Below, one piece after another: positions 51,340 through 64,000 of a DNA stretch of 64,000 nucleotides. The notes below the pieces were generated by a model. The model was not told the origin of the DNA and ran no database searches. It saw nothing but the letters and a program-made list of their open reading frames with translations. Position 1 is the first letter of the stretch. Every line of letters starts with the position of its first letter. The position numbers and the translations under genes are program-made. Source of the DNA: Chiloscyllium plagiosum (taxonomy: Eukaryota). The stretch spans positions 74,805,358 to 74,869,357 of the forward strand of contig NC_057719.1 in NCBI RefSeq assembly GCF_004010195.1. The letters are read 5' to 3'.

Positions 51340-53590
51340 ATAAAGATGAAAAAATGTATTTATGACAGGTGTCAGGTAGAAAATACAATTGAGAGCCTAG
51401 AGGAATAGAGAAAATTCAGAGAGGACATGAAATTAAGAGAACAAATAGGAGAAGCAAAAAGGGACAATAAGAAAAGACTAGTAGCCAACAAAACAAAGGG
51501 TGTCATTAAGTCTTCTATAGGGATATAGGTAGTTAAGTAATGGTATCAGCCATGATCGGATGGCGAAGCAGATTCAATGGGCTGAATGGCCTAACTTCTG
51601 CTCCTATGTCTTATGGTCTAAAAAGAGGAATGAGGCCAATTAGTGACCAAGAGGGGAGGGGCCATTGGTTGCGGTGTGAAATGAATACTTTGCATCTGTC
51701 TTTACCAAAGATTGAAATGTAACCCAGGTCACAGTGATTGTTGCTGGAAGGGTTCAAAATTGACGAAGAAGTAGGCTCGGATAAATGGTACTTAAACTTG
51801 ACAAGGCTCCATGACTGGATGAGATGTATCCAAGGATTTTGAAGGAAGTAAAAGTGAAGATTATTGGAGCACTAGATATAGTCTTCCCTAATCTTGGGGA
51901 AGATGCCACAAGACTGGAGAGTTGCAAACATTATGGGCTTGATTCAGAAAGATTGTAAAGCACTTACAGACAAGTCAGTTTAACTTCAGTGATGGGGAAG
52001 CTTTGGAAATGATAATTTGGGATTGAATTAATAGTCACATGGAAAAAGGTGGGTTGATTAGAAAGAGCTAGAATGGATTTCTAAAGGGAAAATCTTATTA
52101 ATTGACTTGCTGAAGTTTTTTGAAGAGGTGGAAGTCTCAATGAGGGTAACACAGTTGATGTAGTGTACTGGACTTTGTGAGGGTGTTTGATACAGTGCCA
52201 CACAACAGACTTGTGAGGAAAGCTATAGGCCATGGAATAAACGGTCAGTAGCAGCATAGATACACAATTGGCTGATTGATAGGAAGCAGAGAGTTATGGT
52301 CAATGGATATTCTTCAGGCTGGAGGACGGTTTGTTGTGAAATTCCCCCTGGTGGTGGGAGTGTAGAATCTTGCTCTTCCTTATATATATATTAATGTTTC
52401 AGATCTTGGTGTACAGGAGATGATTTCAAATTGTGAGGAAGGTGGTGTAGAGCTCCAAGGACAAATTGGGGATTGGGCAGATAGGGGAAGATAAGGCTCA
52501 ACACAGAGCAATGTAAGGTCGGAAAACACTGAAATAATATAAAATAGGTGGTACAAATCTGAAGGGGGTGCATGTATGTGTACACAGATCATTAAAGGTG
52601 GCAGGGTGGGTGGAGGGAGCAGTTATTAAAGCATACAGTATCCTTAGCTTTATTAATGAGGCATAAAGTATAGGAGCAAGGAGATAATGCTGAACCAGTA
52701 AAATTGCACTTGTTCGATCTCAGCTTTCTGGCATATGGCATTGAGGTCTCGTTCCGATCTGGAGGTCTCCCATTGTAGTAGCCTTGCACCAGAGGGATTG
52801 ACTCAGTTTGGTGTGGTGATCTCCAGATTTGGTAGTCTTGTCTTACTCTGGAGGTCTCATTAGTGTGGAGGTCTTCTTCATTGGCAGTTTCCATGTGTTC
52901 CAGCATTGGTTGCCTTAATTGGCTTTCCTGAACTGAAATTGATCTGGGAAGAACTCTTTTCTCTTCTTATCTGTGACTTCTGTCATCAGTAGAGGTGCTG
53001 TAGTATGGCAACTAATAAACCTTTTCACTGTATTTTGTTTTGTAAAAATGCATGTAACAATGAATTGCTATTCTATTCTATTCTCATTTCTGGGTGCCAC
53101 ATTGTAGGAAGGGTCTGAATGCACTGGAGAGAGTACAGAAATGGTTTACAGGAATGGTTACAGGAATAAGACATTTCTGTTATGATGATAGATGGAAGTA
53201 GTTGGGGAGAAGGATGAGAGAAGATTTGATTGAAGTTTTCAAATTTATGAACAGGGCTGGAGAGAGTAGATAGAAGTTGTTCCGCTTATGAAAGAACAAC
53301 GAATGAGCGGGCATGGATTTAAAGTGATGTGCAAGAGAAGTGAATACAAGGTGAGGGAAACTGTTTTGCACAGCAACTCGTCAGAGTTTGGAATGTACTG
53401 CCTGGAAGTGTGGCGGAAGCTGATTCAACTGACAAATTCAAGAGTTCATTAAGTGATTACTTGGATTGCAATAATGTGCAAAGGTACGGAGAAAAGACAG
53501 GAGATTGGCACAAGGTAATGATGCTCAATTGAAGAGCTGGTGTAGACAAAATGGGCCAAATGGCCTCCTTCTGCACAATAACAATTCAGT
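51340..53590 (+). mobile_element. Long decayed CR1 ORF2 and 3' UTR, with a nested insertion at about 52735-53085
   Basis: Remnants of the KAPGLDEMYPRILKE, GFLKGKS and FDTVPHNRL motifs; 3' tail gggccaaatggcctccttctg. Confidence 0.75.
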
Positions 53591-54847
53591 GATTCTTTAA
53601 TTCATACTCAGCATCCTATCTTAACAATTGTTCGCTCCATGTTGCTCACCACCAAACAGCATCTTAGGCATGGCCCACTGTCACAAGACACACGGACTCC
53701 TCATCCATGATCAATGATATCCAGAATTTGCCAAACTCCCACAATCCTCAAGGGACCTCGCTGATCCATTTGCAGGCTGTTAAGGAAGCACAAACTTGCA
53801 TTGCAGGCCGGACTGGCAACTAGCATTGAAAAGCAGCTGCAAGGACTGTTTATGTCAGGGACAGGCACCCAGCTCACGATTGGAGCAGGCTACATCTCAG
53901 GACTACTCACTTGCCCTCTTAAGCTTGCTTACTTAGCGCCTACGTGCATGTCTGCAGCATTCATGCCTTGCCCTGCCTTGCTGTGCCATACCTTTTAGCA
54001 CATTGGTACTTCAACAAGACCTAAAGGCTATCAGTAACACAATATTGATGAGCTCTTTTGCACAGATGCACAGAGACAAGCTGCTTGGCTAGGGATTTGA
54101 CCACTTACTCAACTTGTCTAAATCACCTTGAAGCTGCCTTGTGCTTCCTGATTACTCAACTCCACCAGCAAATGTCATCGGCAAATGTGGAAATGTTGCA
54201 TTTGGTTCCCTCATCCAAGTCATTTATATATGCAGTAAACCTTTTATTATCTGGCACCTATGGGACCAGGAGTGTGCTAGTTGATCAAATACTCCAGTTG
54301 ATCAAGAGATCCATATAATCATTGTAAAAACACACACCATGTAACAGAAACATAATGCATGGGATATACACATCACTGTTATAGTTTATTTACAGCATAA
54401 ATCACATACATAATAGTGTAACTTGGCCTTAAATAAAACCTACCAGCAGAGAATTTTCTCACTCGCACCCTCACTGACCACTTGGTATTTGAGAAGAAAT
54501 TGATTCAAAATTGAATCTTGTGTGGCCATTCGATTGAATAGCAAGTACATTTACATTGAGGTGAATAAATTTAAAAACAATGATAATTGGACAGAATAAT
54601 GCAGTAAACTTTGTAGTATTGGAAATATATAATTGTTGCTGCTTTATCAAGACTGCAAGTTCATAAGGTGCCTGTTAAAATAAAGTTTGTTGTACTGTGA
54701 TTAGCTAGGTCCCAAGCACTGAGCCTTGCAGTACACAACTAATCACAGCCTGTTACTCATTTATTTCCACTTTCTGTTTCCTGGCTGTCAACTGACTCCT
54801 GATCCAAGCTAATATATTACTGCTAATCTTTGCTTACAAATTTTTTT

Positions 54848-55154
54848 TTAGATTACTTACAGTGTGGAAACAGGCCCTTCGGCCCAACAAGTCCACACCG
54901 ACCCGCCGAAGCGCAACCCACCCATACCCCTACATTTACCCCTTACCTAACACTACGGGCAATTTAGCATGGCCAATTCACCTGACCTGCACATCTTTGG
55001 ACTGTGGGAGGAAACTGGAGCACCCGGAGGAAACCCACACAGACACGCGGAGAACGTGCAAACTCCACACAGTCAGTCGCCAGAGGCGGGAATTGAACCC
55101 GGATCTCTGGCGCTGTGAGGCAGCAGTGCTAACCACTGTGCCACCGTGCCACCC
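54848..55154 (-). mobile_element. HE1-type SINE, full length and young, inside CR1 debris
   Basis: Complete head-to-tail match to 4214-4526 in reverse; possible TSD acaaatt at 54836-54842 and 55155-55161. Confidence 0.92.
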
Positions 55155-55609
55155 ACAAATTGCTTATAAGAGTCCTCATTAAAAGCCTTCTGAAAATCTG
55201 AATACACCACATCCACTGGTTCCCCTTGCCTATTCTACTAGTTACATTGTTAAAACAATTCTAGTTAATTTATTAAGCAAGATTTGCATATAATAAATCC
55301 ATGCTAGCTTGCCTCAATCCTGTTAAGGCTTTCAAAATGCTCTCTTATCTTGTCTTTATGATAGACTCAAGCATTAGACTACTGACGTTAAGCCAACTGG
55401 TTTGTAATTCCCTTCTTCTCTTTGTAAATAATATGATTACATTTTCCACTATCCAATCTGTAGGATCTATAGAATTTATGTATAGAGTTTTGGTAGATGA
55501 CCATCAGTACAGGCCGTTCTGGGATAACGCACGTTTCAGGAGCGTAATGTGGTTATAACATCGCTGAAGAATTAGGGAATGGTATTTTGGAGAATGCTTA
55601 ACTCCATTG

Positions 55610-56340
55610 GCAGTAGCATGTGGGTGACCATTTTGGAAATAGTGATCATAACACAGTTGAATTTAGCATCAAAGTAGAAGTGGACGAAGACAAATCAGAA
55701 GTAAAAGTTCAAAACTGGGGAAGGCAAAGCCGAGAGGTGATCTGACAAAGATGGACTGGTTAGAGCTACTTGAAGGAAGGTCAGTGATAGGTCAGTGGGA
55801 GGCATTCCAAAGTGAGATTCTACAAGCACAGTGTTGACTTGTTCTGCCAAATCTAGAGCCTCCTAGCTATCCAGAAGCATACATGGCACGATGAAACAGA
55901 AAAATAGACCATATGACAATCTCCAAAGAAATTACTACTTTAGGAATCTCAGTGGAGTGTAGACGGTTGAAGTGAAAAAGATAAATTAGAATAGCAAAGA
56001 GAAGAGACAAAAAAATGTTAGCTTGTAAAATTAAGGAAAATCTAATGATTTATCAGTACATTAAGAGCAAGAGGGTGACTAAAGAAGTTGTTGGGCCTAT
56101 TGGAGGTTGTCAGGGTAACACGGATGCAGAAGAATTGGGTGAGGTTTTGATGTGCATTAAAACTCTACCTTCACAAGGAAGAGAGACGCTGCAGACATTC
56201 TATAAGGGAAGGGTTGTGGAATATTAGATAATGTAAGCATAATGAGAAGTGAAATACTGGAGAGCCTGACCTCCTTGAAGATGGATAAATCACCATGTAC
56301 TGCATCCTAGCTTGTTACTAGAATCAATATGGATACATAA
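55610..56340 (+). mobile_element. Decayed CR1 ORF2 middle fragment
   Basis: atagtgatcataac (SDHN endonuclease motif), IYQYIKSKRVTKEVVGPI and DKSP. Confidence 0.65.
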
Positions 56341-56750
56341 GATTATTTGTTACTTGGAAAGGCATGTGCCAGGTATGACTCCAACCTGTAGAGAATTTGC
56401 CCCAATGCCCAATCACTCCAGCTTTGCCACATCTCCTTGATGCCACACTCGATTAAATATAGCTTTGATGTCAGGGGAGTCACACTCACCTCACCTGTAG
56501 TTTATCCTTTATTCCTTTTTTTGAAAGGTGCTGCACTGCAGCAAACATAGCTGACCAGGGGTCAAAACATTTGCTGTTAGCATGTTGGAAAGATTTGTAG
56601 GTTCAATCTACATCTTCTAGCTCAGCGACAGGGTCACTAACCACTATGCTCCAAGACAAGCCCTTGGTCATCAGAAGGCACCAGTTTAAGAAAATCACCA
56701 AAGTGTTGAAGGAAAAGGATTTGAGAAATGTTGCACACAGAAGGTTATTC

Positions 56751-57044
56751 AGATTAGATTCAATACAGTGTGGGAACAGGCCTTTCGGCTCAACAGGTCC
56801 ACACTGACCCTCCGAAGAGAAATCCACCCAGACCCATTTCCCTCTGACTAATGCACCTAACACTATGGGCAATCTAGCATGGCCAATTCACCTGACCTGC
56901 ACATCTTTGGATTGTGGGAGGAAACCGGAGCACCCAGAGGAAACCCACGCAGACACGGGGAGAATGTGCAAACTCCACACAGACAGTCACCCGAGGTGGG
57001 AATCGAACCCTGGTCCCCAGTGCTGTGAGCCACCGTGCTGCCCC
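56751..57044 (-). mobile_element. HE1-type SINE
   Basis: agattagatt tail and core; head with a short internal deletion. Confidence 0.9.
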
Positions 57045-57261
57045 AATTCTATAGATATTCTCCCAAAAGCAGTGGTGCAAACAGAATTGATTATGATCTT
57101 TAAAAAATACATAGGTATTTGAAAAATAGAAAGGACATAAAGAAAATGACAGAGGATTGGGACTGAGCGGGCAGTTTCTCCAAACATTTGGTCTGCCTAT
57201 GATGGACTGAATGGCCTATTACCATTCTGAAAACATGCAGATCACAGTTCTTAAAAATTTA

Positions 57262-57495
57262 TTCATTGAATGAGGGCATCTCTGTCTAGGCCAACATTTA
57301 TTACCCATCCTTAATTGCCCAGAGGGTAATTTAGGGTCCAGCACATTGCTGTGGGTCTGGAGTCACATGTAAGCCAGATCAGGTAAGGATGACAGTGTCA
57401 TTTCCTAAGGGGCATTGGTAAACCAGATGGGTTTTTCTGCCAATCGATGGTGGATTCATGATCGTCATTAGACTCCTAATTCCAGAGGGTTTTTA
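57262..57495 (-). mobile_element. Second SINE family, 3' part; its head resumes at about 59700-59790, beyond the L1 insertion
   Basis: ggccaacatttattacccatccttaattgccc is the reverse of the shared tail; gggttcaaacccaggacccagaacatt lies at 59734-59761. Confidence 0.6.
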
Positions 57496-59695
57496 AACAA
57501 ATGCTTTTACTAAACACATTTTCAAATCTTTTACAAAAGCAACATTAGATTACAGTGTGGAAACAGGCCCTTCGGCCCAACAAGTCCACACCATGATCGT
57601 CATTAGACTCCTAATTCCAGAGGGTTTTTAAACAAATGCTTTTACTAAACACATTTTCAAATCTTTTACAAAAGCAACAATGCATATTAAAAAAATGAAT
57701 ACAAAAAGGTAGAGATAGTACAACAGTACTATCCCTATAGTATTAATAATAAACCACCTACTATTCTACCAGAACAAACGTATCTAGTTAACTTAAACTA
57801 AACTACAATCAAATTAAATAAAAGTTAAATTAAGTCAAATTTAAATTAGCTTAAATTAAACTACATCACATTGCCTTATTCTGTTTCACTCATTGCGCCT
57901 CCATTGAAGCTCCCACCCCCGGGAGCACCAGTCATTGTACCCATATTTTCCCAGCTTCCCCTCCCAGGGCCTCATGGGTTGCCCAATCTGATTCCCATGG
58001 TCATAACACGGCCCTGGTTAATATTGCCAATAAGTCTGTGTCCATATAATCTAGAAAGTGCCGCCAAGTCTTACAAGTCTGCTCCGTTTTGTGGTGCACC
58101 ATATTTGTAAAGTAGTCTTGGGGTAGATGCTCTATTACCAGCCTGTGCCATCCCATAAGACCTAGGGGATTTTCTGACGTCCAATTCATTAGAATGTTCT
58201 TCCTCACACAATGCGATAGAATGTTACACAACCTCTTCCCGTGTTCCCCCAGAGTGGGTGAGTTTGACAACCCCAGGAGGAGAAATACCAGATCCACCTT
58301 GACTTCAATTCCCAGGATTTCCTTCAGCTCCCTTACTATACCAGTCCAGTAGCTCCGGACTTTGTAACATGACCAATAGCAGTGAGTGAGAGTGCCTAGA
58401 CTAATTTTACATTTGGGACATCCTGGAGACACTCCTCTCTTGAACTTAGCTAGCCTCTCTGGTGCCATATGAGCCCTGTGTAAAATCTTCAATTGCATGG
58501 CTTGCACTTCGTTACATATTGAGATTTTCTTTACATTTTCCCATGTATCTTCCCATGTTTCCAATGAAATATCCTCTCCTAGTTCCTGATTCCAAGTCCC
58601 ACCGAGTCTCTCCATATCTCCTAAGTCACGTACTTTCTGTAATTGATACAGAGTACTAAGTGAAAGAGCGTCCATGCACCAGAGCACTCTTTTCTCCCTG
58701 TCTGACTTGTAAGGCTGAGCCAGGCGAATGGTCCTCCTCTGTATATAATTCCTTATCTGAAAATACCGGAAGATGTCCATTTTAGACAATCCATATTTCT
58801 GACTTAGTTGACTGAACAACATCAAGACCTCCCCCTTGAATACATCTCCCAAAAAAGTGATTCCCTTATTCTCCCATGCCTTAAAACGGGAGCCCATTGC
58901 CCCAGGTTTAAATCCTGGGGCTCCCGCCAACGGGCTAAACGGTGAGGTCTTAAGCCAATTGCCCTCATCGTAGCTCTCACCGTATTCAAAATTCTTGGGC
59001 TCTTATACGGCTCGGTCATGGATTTCATTTTAACCATAAATAATAGATTAATTAGGGAACATCTCTACTGTGAGGCTTCAATGTCAAGCTAAATTGACCC
59101 CGAATTCCACCGTACCCAGTCACCAACATATGCTAACAGGGCGCTTATTTGATATCTCTTCAAGTCTGGAAGGTCCACCCCATCCTCCTCACCCTGCGGG
59201 CATTGCAATTTAGTAAATTTAATTAGGGGGCGCCTATGATACCAAATGAAGGAGCCAAGCCAACCAATGAACCTCTGTAACACTCATCTGGGTAGCAACA
59301 ACGAGAGCATTCTCATGTGGTACAACAGGCAAGGAAGAACATTCATTTTAATCATGGCTATTCAGCCTAACCATGATAACGGTAACCCCTCCCACCGCTG
59401 CAGATCCTGTTTTATCCTCTCTAGTAATTATACATAGTTAGCTTTATATGGTGGTGGATGGCAGGGGTAATAAAAATTACAAAAAAATCTTTTGACGACC
59501 ATTTAAATGTGAACTGCATTCCATCCTTCAGATCAGGCACCTCCACTAATCCCCCCACCAAGCATGGCTTCTGATTTTGTGAAGTTGGTCTTGTATCCCG
59601 AAGAACTGCCAAATAAATTATTTTTTTTGTATCAGTCGGGGTACAGATTTCTCCTGACTGGCCAAGAACTAAAGGACATCATCAGCGTATCCAGA
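57496..59695 (-). mobile_element. 5'-truncated L1-clade LINE: RT end, C-terminal Cys/His domain and 3' UTR; disrupted ORF2
   Basis: Minus-strand YADDVL at about 59670-59690, LPLSWLG*IAMIKMNVLP, VDLPDLKRY, and a 309-aa open frame (58001-58930) containing KILHR and CPKC...THCYWSC. Confidence 0.88.
57545..57591 (-). mobile_element. 47-bp 3' fragment of an HE1-type SINE flanked by an 88-bp direct duplication
   Basis: ttagattacagtgtggaaacaggcccttcggcccaacaagtccacac; identical flanks at 57457-57544 and 57592-57679. Confidence 0.9.
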
Positions 59696-62600
59696 GTGTT
59701 TTATTGAATCCAATTTCATCACCTGCCTTGGCTGGGTTCAAACCCAGGACCCCAGAACATTACTGAAGTCTGTGAATTAGCAGTCCAGTGACAACCTATC
59801 CTGATAATAACAACGAGAAAAGAAATTTCCCACTGGCAAATTGGCAACGAAATTAACATAAAGTCATTTTGAATAGCACCAGTGCTCTTAAAAGCAAAAA
59901 CACAAGATTGACCCATAATGCCTCAGCCAGCCCAAAATCTATTCAAATCTGTTTCTTCAGCCGTGTATGTTCCATTCTGCAAACAGCATCCTGATGCCTG
60001 AAGATGGCGCTGACCATTCACATTTTTTTTGTTCTTAATTAATTAAAAGCATTGAGATGCTTAGTAAGAAACAGCAACAAGATTTCTAGTTTACATTGCA
60101 AAGAAATAATGACAATATTTCACCACAATGAATTACACTAGTGAGATTCCTCTCCATCCATCTGTAAAGCACACATCCAGGGAATGCTGGTAGAAGTTTT
60201 TGAATATTTATTTGGGGCCCTGGGAACAGGCGAAGATTCACATCAGCTTCAACTTGATGACAATAAAAAGCACTGGGGAATCTAAGCTGGGTAAGGACCC
60301 TGATGATTGTGGTGTGTTAATGTGTGCATTCGGTTGAATGGGTCTTAATGTGGGTTAGGGGGTTCTCAAAATCTCTGAGAATTGAGCCTGTGCAGATTGA
60401 GGATATTGAGAATCTCCCCTAATTTAATTATGGTTGCAGCCATTTCATTCCACCTTTCAATATCAGAGTAACTGAAACAGGGATGATTAAATACAAACAG
60501 GAAAACAAGCAGTGCAGACCTCAGATGGTTTTGAACTTGAGTTCTTTCTTTTGAATCTGCACAGGTAAGTTTTGCCAAACTAGTGATGCAGTGACTTCAC
60601 GGCATTTACTGAACCAGTGCAGGGGTCTTTAAAGAGATTTTGCGTTTCAGCCCCAGTGTGTAACTCTCCTAAAATCAAGAACCTATTTCCACAAGATGTA
60701 ACTAAGCTTGCTCCAGGCAGCTACTTTTAATGTTCTCTGTCAAGGGTTGAAACTCTGCGGGAAGTTAGCAATTAATCAACAAAGAAGATAGTTGAACAAA
60801 CACCTAATAAAAACAGGCTCTTTGGTCTCATGTTGTCCAGCAGCACACAGTGCAGAGACAAGCTGGACCCACAGGTGTTCAGCAACAAGAGCAAGGTTGT
60901 ACAGTGATCCCTGTCAAAAAGTAAATGCAGACAAATTCTCAGAGTGCCTTCAAATCATTGCCAGGCCAAACATTAGAGCCAGCTGCACAGCTAGCTCCAT
61001 GCAATCAAACATCAAACCTTTCCTAAATGCCATGCCTTAACCCTCAGACTCTGAAATGCTCCCCTGTGTTCCCCTCCCCCTCAAATGTCGAAAGAGGCCA
61101 AATGTTTCTCCTTGCTCTCACTCCAAATCTGACTGGAGCTTCTAATGGATGGATTTGAAGTAAATAGGGAGAGAGACAGATTGTTCCATTTAGGATTAAA
61201 AGCTTGGCAACATTCAGTTTGCTTAAGAAGAAACATGCAACAGATTATGAGGACAGTTATTGGGAGATAGATTTCTTTTATTAGGCTATTTTATAATTGT
61301 TGACTAAAACAGTCTTTGATTCCTTCTTGTTTGATCCTTTAAACTACTCTTCAATCTGGGTCAATACAAATTTTTAGAATAAGCAAATAATATATATTGT
61401 GAATAGAAACCATCTACATTAAATAGTGACTCTTTGTGATTCCATTACCAGCCCTGTATCAACACTGTAATCATGTGTCCTAGGGCCAGATATATGCTGA
61501 CCCATTATTTTCAAAAACATATGCATTACCTCTAGTGATCTGTCTTTTAAAAAATCTATTGGGATTTTAGCTAGGCAGAGTCATTGCTTTCCAAAAGAAG
61601 AAAGCAACTTGCATTCATAACTTCACAACTTAATGTCAATTCTGCACTTTTGACGAGTAGGTGGTATTGTAATATGGGAAGCTTAGCAGTCAGTTTGGAC
61701 ACAACGTGGCTGTAGAAGAAGTCTAGGGATACTCCTCTTGTAGAGATGTTGTTTGAGGGATAAATACTGATTGGGATACTGGAGAAATATTGCCTGCACT
61801 TCTTTTTTATACCTACCTGGGAGACTGGGGAGGACCTTGGTTTAACAACAAGATGGATGAGAGTTAAGATATGATGACTGAAAAATACTGTTCTTATTAC
61901 GTTTTGTTCTTTGAATTTTACTAGTGATTTGGGAAGTCCCTTTGTTTTAAATGGTAACAGAAAATAGCCAAGTGCCAACTACTCCCTATTATGAGAGCTT
62001 TTGATTTACAGTAACCAATAAATTGAAAGCTGCTTTTACAATTTGGGGACCTTGAAGACACATTAGATTAGATTACTTACATAGTTATTTTGGGGACCAG
62101 ATCTATCCAGATTTCTTCTAAATACAGAAACTTGAGGTTGTATTCATAGTCCTCACTGCAAAGCTTTTATATATTTAATTAGTTCTTGAGAGAATCCATG
62201 AGAGTGCACACTCTGGGACTACCTTCTCCACATTACCCTAGATAACATATCAGGTGGACATCCTAAGGTAAGTGGATTCTAGAAAGTGAATGTCCATCCA
62301 TATTATAGCTTTACTATGAGGAACTTGCTGGTTTGATCAGAGTTTCAGCAGATGAACCTCCTGCTCTGTGCCAACGGAAGTCATCTTCAAGATTGTGGGA
62401 GAGATTCCCAATCAAAGATTGCTGAAAGGTCAATTGTGCCAACGCTGGGTCAGTTTGACATTTGCAGTCAAACACAGAAACCTTAGGCAGCAGAGAAAGA
62501 GATGGGGAGGGTGGCGGAAGGATACAGACAGAGAACCATTTTGCTGCAAAAAGTTAAAGAAACAACAGAAAATGAGGAACGAAGATCAGAAAATAAAAGG

Positions 62601-63321
62601 AAAATGATCATCCAGGCTGGAGGGTAAAAGATAAAAGAGAAAATAATATGGAAGGAGGCAGCATAAGGAAGATTTCTTTAAAGGCAATTGCAAAAGAAAC
62701 AAACAGGGAAAATGCAAGGAAATGAGGAATTCTACCTTTGCTGTTCAGCTGAATGGATTCTCCATCTATTAAACAGACCATCTGGGCCTGAGAGAAGCTG
62801 AGCTGTTTTACATTAGATATGGTCCTCTTTGTACAAACTGAAGGTAGAAACTAAGTGAAGTCAGCGGAACCTTTGAAACAGGTGGGTTGAAATTGCTCTG
62901 TGCACCGTTAATAACAAGCATGTTAACACATTCATGTACATTCCTTTGCCCACAGTTTTAACTTCATGCATCTGCAGGATGGGGGATATTTGTATAAGCT
63001 CAGGACTACATTGACACGCATATGGGTACATTTCAATTTCAGCTCCGAGGTATTACTTGTACAGTTAATATTTCCTTGTCTTCATAGGCCTAACAACCCA
63101 ATTCTTTAATTTGGCTTTTGATTCCCTTCGCCTAAATGCCTCTATTTTCTTGCCTTGTTTGTAACTATAAAGAATGTGAACATACAAATTAGGCACAGGA
63201 TGAGGCTACTTCAAACCTGCTTTGCCATTCAATAAGATTAAGGCTGATCTCATGACTCCATATTTCCATATACCCCTGATACATATTTACCTTCTTTCTC
63301 ATCAAGAATCTATCTACCACT

Positions 63322-63636
63322 GATTAGATTTTTTTAGATTAAATTCCCTACAGTGTGGAAACAGGCCCTTCGGCCCAACCAGTCCACACCAACCCTCCGA
63401 AGAGCAGACCCATTTCCCTCCGACTAATGCACCTAAAACTACGGGCAATTTAGCGTTGCCAATTCACCAGACCTGCACATGACTGTGGGAGGATACCCGA
63501 AGCATCCGGAGGAAACCTACACAGACACGGGGGGGAATGTGCAAACTCCACACAGACAGTCACCCCAGGCTGGAATTAAATCTGAGACCTGGGTACTGTG
63601 AGGCAGCATGCTAACCACTGAGCCACAGTGCCGCCC
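63322..63636 (-). mobile_element. HE1-type SINE inserted into a CR1 3' fragment (63170-63321)
   Basis: tagatt tail, ggaaacaggcccttcggccc, and head ending gccacagtgccgccc. Confidence 0.9.
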
Positions 63637-64000
63637 ACTTTAGACAACATTGAGTGGATAGCAAAGGATGGTGCCTCAAAAATATTTGACACCTCTGTTT
63701 CCACGTGCCCTTTGGAGATCTCAAGAGACCAAGCGATACTGACTGACTTGAGGGCAGAGTGTGCACATGTTAAAAGGAGACTCTCAGTATGTTTGCTATA
63801 GATCTTCCAACTGCTCGGGAGACCAGCTGCACCCGAGAGAAGAAAGAACTGTTTCACATTAGGCATGGTCCTTCCTCTTTGAAACAGAGGGTAGAACTAT
63901 GTGAAGTTGGTGCAATCTTTCAACCAGGTGTGCTGTATAGTATGACATGGTTTTAATAATGAAGGAAAATGAAAAAAGCTGCAAGAGAAAATAATCCCAG

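Noticed and set aside
54233..54700. Possible Tigger/pogo DNA transposon end (cagtaaacc...), with a similar hint at 55508
   Set aside because: I could not identify a matching second terminal inverted repeat or any transposase remnant.
58001..58930. 309-aa ORF as a host gene or domesticated protein
   Set aside because: It is the C-terminal part of an L1-clade ORF2; the adjacent upstream RT region has stops and frameshifts.

Overview
This is vertebrate genomic DNA from a cartilaginous fish. The evidence is the HE1-type SINEs with (TAGAT)n tails, CR1 LINEs, Deu-domain SINEs and Penelope-like elements (PLEs); a shark is likely, but the species is inferred. The + strand carries ten consecutive coding exons of alpha-actinin-1 (ACTN1), equivalent to human exons 10-18 plus the non-muscle EF-hand exon. 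All have GT-AG boundaries and join in frame (1506 nt, 502 aa), covering spectrin repeats 1-4 and EF-hand 1. A 500-N gap follows the non-muscle exon. I could not find the smooth-muscle exon or the last two exons in the 20 kb after it. Most long ORFs in the ORF track are transposon remnants or chance frames. I found no demonstrably new gene system. The best leads are: (1) a young TSD-flanked palindromic element with a perfect 83-bp stem and a minimal hammerhead ribozyme core, alongside hammerhead relics in several other PLE-type families; (2) a 198-nt AG-free zone with a distant branch point, three UGCAUG motifs and CAC clusters upstream of the non-muscle exon; (3) two AG|GTAAG recursive-splice-like sites; (4) a perfect 169-bp inverted duplication inside a SINE, and an 88-bp direct duplication around a 47-bp SINE fragment. 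Boundaries of decayed repeats are approximate, and family names come from motif recognition, not database searches.
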